Shown: positions 55,811-64,000 of the stretch, piece by piece
How positions within the stretch are numbered: the first letter of the stretch is position 1
Layout of the letters: the number at the start of each line of letters is the position of its first letter
Origin: Octopus vulgaris
Taxonomy: Eukaryota
NCBI GenBank assembly: GCA_951406725.2
Contig: OX597814.1
Coordinates: 221,340,001 to 221,404,000 of the forward strand
Direction of reading: 5' to 3'
Length of the DNA stretch: 64,000 bases
Notes under the pieces: model-generated
Databases searched by the model: none
What the model saw: the letters and a program-made list of their open reading frames with translations, nothing else
What the model was told of the DNA's origin: nothing
Made by a program: the position numbers and the translations under genes

Positions 55811-56279
55811 AAACCATTATAAGGAATTAGAAAATATAAAACTTATTCCTGTGTGGAAGTCAGTTATACATCCGACATAAACATTGTAAGAATAACGAGG
55901 ATGACGTTATCTGTGTCATTGTTGATCAATCAGTAAATCTAGCACCTAAGACATATTTTCAAATTTATATCACTTATTACTACTAGAGTGGTATGGTACG
56001 TACAAGTTGTTTGAATCAAAATTATTGCTGATTTTAAATTTTTGAGAGAAGACTAGACACCATAATTCATACGCAACAAATAATGGACCCGAAAGCTAGG
56101 TCAATAAAATTTTACAAAAACCTTATTAATGTTCAAACAGTGAATGGCTGCGCAAAAAATGAAGAAAAGTTGAAGACCTATTATAAAAACATAACAATAA
56201 AAATATTTTTTCGTTAGAATCCATCATCGAATATGTGGTAGGCGAAAATAAACTCTAAAACTCGAATAAAAAAAGAAAA

Positions 56280-56510
56280 CACACACAAACACACGCGCGC
56301 GCACACATACAAACACGCACACACATATACATGTATCACACACAGAGAGACACATATACATACACGTATAGACAGGTTCATATACACATCTCCATGAGCA
56401 TATATACGCGTATAAACACACATGCAAACGCACACAAAAATCCATGTATACATATATACAAGCATTTATACATGCACATATGCATACATAATTACACTCG
56501 TAATATACAT

Positions 56511-56571
<61 letters not shown>

Positions 56572-56907
56572 TATATATATATATGTGTATATAAAATTTA
56601 GTTATATAATCGTCAATTTCGTAAGCTTGTGCCACGGCTTTTGTCACTATAGGAAAGTTCGAAGTACAAAAACGACTACATAAATAAATAAATAAATAAA
56701 TAAAACAGATCGATTTTAGATTTCAGCATTTTACTAATTATGTCCAATGTGGCAAGGAAGTCTAACTGTCACAAGCGAGGCTGATGAAGAGCTTCTCTAA
56801 ACTATCATTAACGAATGGGAGATTCAGATTTCATATTGCAAAGCTGGTAATTTATACTGCACAAATCACTGGCAATTTGTGTGTCTGAGCTCGTGCGTGT
56901 GTACATA

Positions 56908-56979
<72 letters not shown>

Positions 56980-57104
56980 ATATATATGTATGTATATATA
57001 TATATATGTATCTATACACACACACATATATAAATATATGTGTATGTATATATTTGTATATATACATATATATATATATGTGCGTATGGACACTCACATG
57101 CACT

Positions 57105-57171
<67 letters not shown>

Positions 57172-57558
57172 GTATTTGTTTGTGTGTCTGTGTATGTATA
57201 TCAGTATGCTTTTCCAAGTGGGTGTGATTGATGTCAGTATATATATATATATGAGTCTATGGCTGCGAAATGTGTGCAAGGTAGGAGTATTGGATGTTTT
57301 AGCATTAATATGTATGTGTGTGTGTATTTGGGTGCGAGAATGCGAGAATGTGTGTGTGAGTGTGTGTGTGTGTGTGTGTGTATGTGTGGCTATACTTGCA
57401 TGTGCGTGTATGTTTGGGTTTATGTGTATGTGTGTTAGTATATATATGTGCATTTACGTGTATGTTTGTGTGTTAGCGCGAATGTACAGCGTGAGAAAAA
57501 CACATAGATGTCCAAATACCCAGACTCTTACAAGACCACAAAAAGACACACACACACA

Positions 57559-57602
<44 letters not shown>

Positions 57603-58265
57603 CACACACACACACAGACTCGTATATAGACATAATACAGGTTGTATTGCTGAATATCTGTTGCTTTTAGCGTTGATTTATCTCTCTTCAGTATATGCAT
57701 ATGTGCATATGTGTGTGTGTGTGTGAGTGCGTGCGTCTTTGTGTTTTATGCGTGTGTATATATACGTGTATGTGTCTGAGTGAGTAAGTGTGCGTGTATA
57801 ACCGGATGTGTGTTAGTGCACCTAGATATTTAACTTTATATATATGCGTGTGATTGGTTATTATTCAGTCCGTGCGATTCTGGTAATATACATGAACGTA
57901 AATCGATACTTATTTATATAAGTTGCGTGTAATTGTATATGCACACGCACACATACACACACACATAAATACGCACACATTCGAACTTTTATATGTATGT
58001 ATGTATATATGTGTCTTTGTACATGTGTACATGTATGTACATGATTTGAAAACAGTGTTGAAAACAACTCTGACTGCAATGTGTGTGCGTGTGTGTGTGT
58101 GTGTGCGTGCGTGTATGCGTGTGTGTATGTATATGTATATACATATACATATGTATATATACATAGGTATATGCATATCTACATATGTGTATGTATATAT
58201 GTGTGTATGTATATCTATCTATCTATATATATATATATATAGATATACATTCATATATACATTTA

Positions 58266-58304
<39 letters not shown>

Positions 58305-58316
58305 TATGTACATATG

Positions 58317-58371
<55 letters not shown>

Positions 58372-58430
58372 CTGTATATGTATATATGTACGTGTGTGTA
58401 TGTATATGTCTGTGTGTATACATACATCTA
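56280..58430. repeat. Compound (CA)n/(TA)n/(TG)n microsatellite block
   Basis: Directly visible. Confidence 0.9.
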
Positions 58431-58706
58431 TTTATGTTTGTCCGCGTTAACGGATAACGTTCTGAGCCACATTCCGAGTTTAAACAGGAATTATTTTTAT
58501 AACAAAGACCAGAATAGACATAATTCGCGAAACAACGTCATGGACCTTACATTTTGGGAAAAACTTAATGTGAAACTGGCCAAAATCTATTACTATATTT
58601 TAAAAAATGATTAAATTCTAATTAATTCAAATATATTCTTTGTACCTTTTCACCTTTAACTTAATTTCTCCTATCCTGCCACATATTTGGATTAATATTA
58701 TTATTA

Positions 58707-58792
<86 letters not shown>

Positions 58793-58794
58793 TT

Positions 58795-59422
58795 TTTTTT
58801 TTATATTTATTACAAGTTAGGCTTTTATTCAGAGACCTCAAGATTAACAGGGTTGGAAGTTCATGTTGTTGTTATGCCTAGTGTGCCGTATATTTGGGGG
58901 GTGGGGATGTTGTACTAATGAATGTCTAAAAAAAAAAGTTTTTTTTTTTTTTTTTTTTTTAAACCGAAAATTATGTTTGTTTTAAACCTTGAGATTACAT
59001 AGAGAGTATTTTGCGTAGGATATGAGCAGTTCCCATGAGCACTATCTTTTGAACTTCTGCCATTTTTGGGTTTCCTGGTATTTGAGTTAGGTAGCTATCA
59101 GCCCCTTTTGCTATCATTCCCAGGGCACCTATGACAACAGGTATTGTTTTAGTCTTCAGCTTCCACATTTTGCTGATTTCTATTTCAAGATCTTTATATT
59201 TGCTCAGTTTTTGGTAGGTCTTGACAGATACGTTTATATCGATTGGGACAGTCATATCAATGAGGAGGCATGTTCTTTGTTTGAAGTTTTTCAATATGAT
59301 GTCTGGCCTATTTGCATCTATCTTCCTGTCAGTTTGAATGGTGAAGTTCCAGAGGAGTGAGATGTGGTCATTTTCAAGCACTGGGGGTGGTTTGTGTTCC
59401 CACCAGTTTTTTTCATGTTTTA
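58795..59422 (-). mobile_element. 5'-truncated Dong/R4 element: RLE endonuclease C-terminus and 3' UTR, with (TAA)n tail
   Basis: LLWNFTIQTDRKIDANRPDIIL...LIDMTVP...KLSKYKDL...IPVVIGALG; (TAA)n on both sides. Confidence 0.9.
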
Positions 59423-59442
59423 TTATTTTATTATTATTATTA

Positions 59443-59511
<69 letters not shown>

Positions 59512-59516
59512 TTATT

Positions 59517-60679
59517 TTTCGAGCAGAGTTTTGTCCACAGATTCTGCACTTATCACTTTCTGATGTGTTGTCTATTCTGTATTTTATGTAGTTTGTTTTT
59601 AGTGCTTGCTCTTGGGAAGCATAGATTAGAGCGTTTTCCGGGTTTAAATCACTTTTAGTCATCCACAGCCATCTTTTTTCTCTGTCCGTCTTATCTTCAA
59701 CATCCCTATGAAATTGACCATGCATTCTTTTCTTTACCCATTTATTTTCGGTTCCATTCGTTTTCAATTGCTTGTACAGTGCTTCATCTTTGCAATCTTT
59801 CATCCTACACAAGCCTGACCTTCTTACTTCTAATAATAGCGGTTCTGTGGTATTTCTTTACATACCAATCTATGTTATTTTCTTCTGCTCTAATTTTGTG
59901 ATCGCATCCAATCAGTCCTCTTTCCTCTTTTTCTTGGTAAATACACTCTGTCTGTGTCCTTTTTGAGTGGAGTGACCCATATCTAGTCAGCAACTTCCTT
60001 GTCTTTCTTTCTAAGTTGTTTAGTTTGTCTACTGTCCACGCGATTACCTCTGCTCCATATCCAAAGGATGAAACCTTCTAGGTGTTGATAGCTTCAGTCT
60101 AATTCCGTCTGTTTAATTTTAACTTAAGGATCAGTCTCAGTCTGCGCAAGTAGTCCACCTTAAAATTTTCTGTCATTTCTTTCTCCATCAATTCATCTAT
60201 TTCCAAAATCCTCCAAGTACTTATAGCCTGTCTCTTCTATCTGCTTCATAACCTTCCCCGACGGTATCGTTAGCCCGTCCATACATTTGATTTTTCCTCT
60301 ATTCAAGACTAACACACCACACTTTCTCAGTCTGAACTCCATTCTGATATCAGCACTGTAGGTATCCACACTATCAATGAGGAAACTGACTTGGGCTTCA
60401 TCTTTACCATAATGTTTGAGCTCATCCATGAATAACAAATAGTTGACTCTTTGTTGGCGGCTTTTGAATACATACCCAGTCTTTTTTTCCTCAGAATCAG
60501 TGTGAGTGGTATCAAGCACAGTACAAAGATCAGCGGGGACAGTCACTCCTCTTGCAAGATGCCCCTCCTAATTTCTACGGTCCCTAAACTTCTTCCGTAT
60601 ACTGTCAGGTTTGTCCTCCAATTCACCATAGTTTTTCCAAGCAATCGTTCAACATTCAATGCAATACCAAATAGGTTTA

Positions 60680-60680
<1 letters not shown>
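59517..60680 (-). mobile_element. Dong/R4 RT-to-zinc-knuckle fragment
   Basis: IRRGILQEE*LSPL, LLFMDELKHY, YKYL, RMHGQF, SQEQALKTNYIK...CRICG; bounded by (TAA)n. Confidence 0.9.
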
Positions 60681-61340
<660 letters not shown>

Positions 61341-61868
61341 GAGTGAGCGAGCAGTGCATGCCATCAAAGTGACACGGGTAAAATATACGAAGCCCAGTAT
61401 GCCCATCATGACTACCCGTCTGATAAGGGTACATTAGGCACATGCATCACAACCATATGTGCGCGACATGGTGATCTCATATCAAGATAAACAGCACATG
61501 ACCTTGCAGGTGGGGCCCAGTTAGAATTTTCTCCAGGTTGAGTAGCCCATCCCGCTCAAACGGTCCCTGAATAATGGTTGTTTAAGGATGTTGAACGAAA
61601 CACCCATGTTTCAAGAGGTGAATTATTCAAACCCCAAAGAATCCCTCTCAACACATGGCTATGATGCTCCCTCACTATTTCTGCTCGTGATCAGAGATAC
61701 ACATATCGTCAGCCACTAAGGGACATGCTCAACTGGTTAAGGTCAAACAACTGACAAAACTATGTACACGATAACACTTCCAATCAGATAAGATCAGAAG
61801 CCACGAGAGCCACTGCCTGGTACTTCATAAGGGCATAGAGTAACTGCCTGGTACTGCATCAGGGCATT
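61341..61868 (-). mobile_element. Non-coding SINE-like element inserted in (TAA)n
   Basis: About 530 bp with no TE ORF, bounded by long (TAA)n; short duplication actgcctggtactkcatmagggcat at one end; strand inferred. Confidence 0.6.
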
Positions 61869-61883
61869 TATTATTATTATTGC

Positions 61884-61922
<39 letters not shown>

Positions 61923-61926
61923 AACA

Positions 61927-62008
<82 letters not shown>

Positions 62009-62077
62009 TTATTATTATTATTATTGTTATTATTATTATTATTGTTGTTGTTGTTGTTATTATTATTATTATTATTA

Positions 62078-63915
62078 CCATCTTTCATTTCTGTTTCCAT
62101 TTCTTTCCGAGCGTCTGTCTTACACCTTTAGGGCAGAGAAACGTACTGTATACATTAGTAGGTCATTAACATAAACACACCATATTATTCATTTACAGTC
62201 ATGTGATAGAGAAAAGGAGAAGAACGACAGAGAGGAAAAAGAAAAAATACAAAGTAAAAAAGTGAACAAAGAAATTAAAGGGGTGGGAGAAAAATGAAAA
62301 TTCAGAGAGACATTGCTCTTCTCAATACCTGTGACGTACCAATTAAGACAAGCTAGGGATTATTCGTAAATAGTTCATTTTTTTGCAAGTGCTCTTACAA
62401 TCACTGGTATTTTAACCGTCTTTAAATGCAGCATCTCTTCGATTTCAATTATCAAATCTTTATATTTTCTGAGCTTGTCAAATTCTTTTGCCGAGACATT
62501 ATGGTCAAAGGGTTTGCTCATGTCAATCAATAAAGCGAGATTATTGTTTTTGTCTTTCACAACAATATCGGGTGTATTTGTTTTGATGGTCCGGTTTGTA
62601 GATACTGGAAAATCCCAAATAATCGTTACATTTTCTTCCTCAGTCTAATTCCGTCCGTTTAATTTTGACTTAAGCATCAGTCTCAGTCTGCGCAAGTAGT
62701 CCACCTTAAAATTTTCTGTCATTTCTTTCTCCATCAATTCATCTATTTCCAAAATCCTCCAAGTACTTATAGCCTGTCTCTTCTATCTGCTTCATAACCT
62801 TCCCCGACGGTATCGTTAGCCCGTCCATACATTTGATTTTTCCTCTATTCAAGACTAACACACCACACTTTCTCAGTCTGAACTCCATTCTGATATCAGC
62901 ACTGTAGGTATCCACACTATCAATGAGGAAACTGACTTGGGCTTCATCTTTACCATAATGTTTGAGCTCATCCATGAATAACAAATAGTTGACTCTTTGT
63001 TGGCGGCTTTTGAATACATACCCAGTCTTTTTTTCCTCAGAATCAGTGTTGTTCGTGTACAATTTGTCAGTAGTTTTGATTTTATAATGCCTACAAATTA
63101 TCCAGTGTAGATATTGGCCAACTCTGTCATGTCTTGATTTGTACTCCTAAGATACTAAATATATCGACACGTTGGGTTTGCACCATTTTTCATCACATTG
63201 ACTTGATAATTCCGGGTCAGTAAGCTCTGATCTCGAGCAGCCAAGGTAAAGCCTTCACACTCTATCTTTAGTCCTGAGCTCCGTAGCCACTGATGGTTAT
63301 GCTTCAGGTCTATATCAGCTTTTTTGCTACTGCCACATATTTGCCATGCAGAGGTTTTTGCTTCCACCTATCAGCCAATTGTTGAAACGGAATTTGCTTT
63401 GAAATTGATTTCACTTTCTTTGCAACTTTAATTGTTGCACTTCCATCACTCTATTCAACCTGGGTATTATATATGAACTCACTCGAAAATATTTTGTTCC
63501 CTTTCATAACTGAATTAAAATCCTTACGTCTTGCATGTTTTTCTACGAGCTTTATCAACCAGTCGTTAGATGCTTCAAGATATTTTGCCACTCCAGTTGT
63601 GGTGGTTTTGTAAGAGATTTCAAATTACATCAAGCCTCGATCTCCTTGAGCTCTGGGGAGGCAAGACGATTTGCACCTGCCTTTCCTTGATGCATCTTAT
63701 TGCAAGGCAGCAGCTAATGGGTTTTCCTGTCAATCTTCTTTATTTCGCTCATATTCCAGTTCAACACATTGAAACTGTAAATAAGAACCAGAACTACTAA
63801 GGAATTTATAGCTAACACCTTGATACGTGCATTTAACTTGGATTTAAGGACTGCTCTATCTCTCCCGTTACATTCTGTCCATATTTTCTCTTTCATGCTG
63901 ACATACTGAATGCCA
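62078..63915 (-). mobile_element. Dong/R4 element (thumb, CCHC, RLE, 3' UTR) interrupted by a 410-bp duplicated RT segment
   Basis: SKLNARIKVLAINS, EGFTLAARDQSLLTRNYQ...CRY, PDIVVKD...LIDMSKPFDHNVSAKEFDKLRKYKDL; 3' UTR similar to 60780-60860. Confidence 0.85.
62640..63049 (+). repeat. Near-identical direct duplicate of 60094-60503
   Basis: Constant offset of 2546 bp; 3 substitutions noticed, all in the first 40 bp. Confidence 0.9.
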
Positions 63916-64000
63916 TATGTAAATCGTGTCCGTCATCTGCTACCGCATGAACGTCGTGCCTAGCCCTCGTCGCACCTTGCCAAGTTGGAGCGCCTCCTCT

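Noticed and set aside
56775-56810. CUGAUGA-AGAG..CUCU-AAAC hammerhead-like motif
   Set aside because: G12 is missing and no convincing stem I or III; degenerate or chance

Overview
AT-rich eukaryotic, repeat-saturated non-coding DNA (intergenic or a large intron). The dense (TA)n/(CA)n/(TACA)n/(TCTA)n/(TAA)n microsatellites, the tRNA-derived SINE families and the TE mix suggest a coleoid cephalopod, probably Octopus (inference). No host protein-coding exon could be supported, and most ORF-track entries are microsatellite read-throughs. Recognisable content: a full-length but disrupted mariner with TIRs and further mariner relics; Chapaev3-like and Tigger/pogo transposase relics; a Helitron Rep fragment and a complete 394-bp non-autonomous Helitron; RTE, L1/Tx1 and R4/Dong LINE fragments, including a stack of Dong-like pieces separated by (TAA)n; a Penelope-like RT relic; and a decayed U6 snRNA copy. 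The most striking signal is four sequence-unrelated inverted repeats, three of them long (about 140-180 bp arms) and next to (TA)n tracts. Those three carry minimal type I hammerhead ribozyme (HHR) motifs reading outward from the centre, and the fourth keeps only a 3' half. One has an apparent G3:C8 compensatory core swap. All motifs and alignments were read by eye; nothing was computed or searched.
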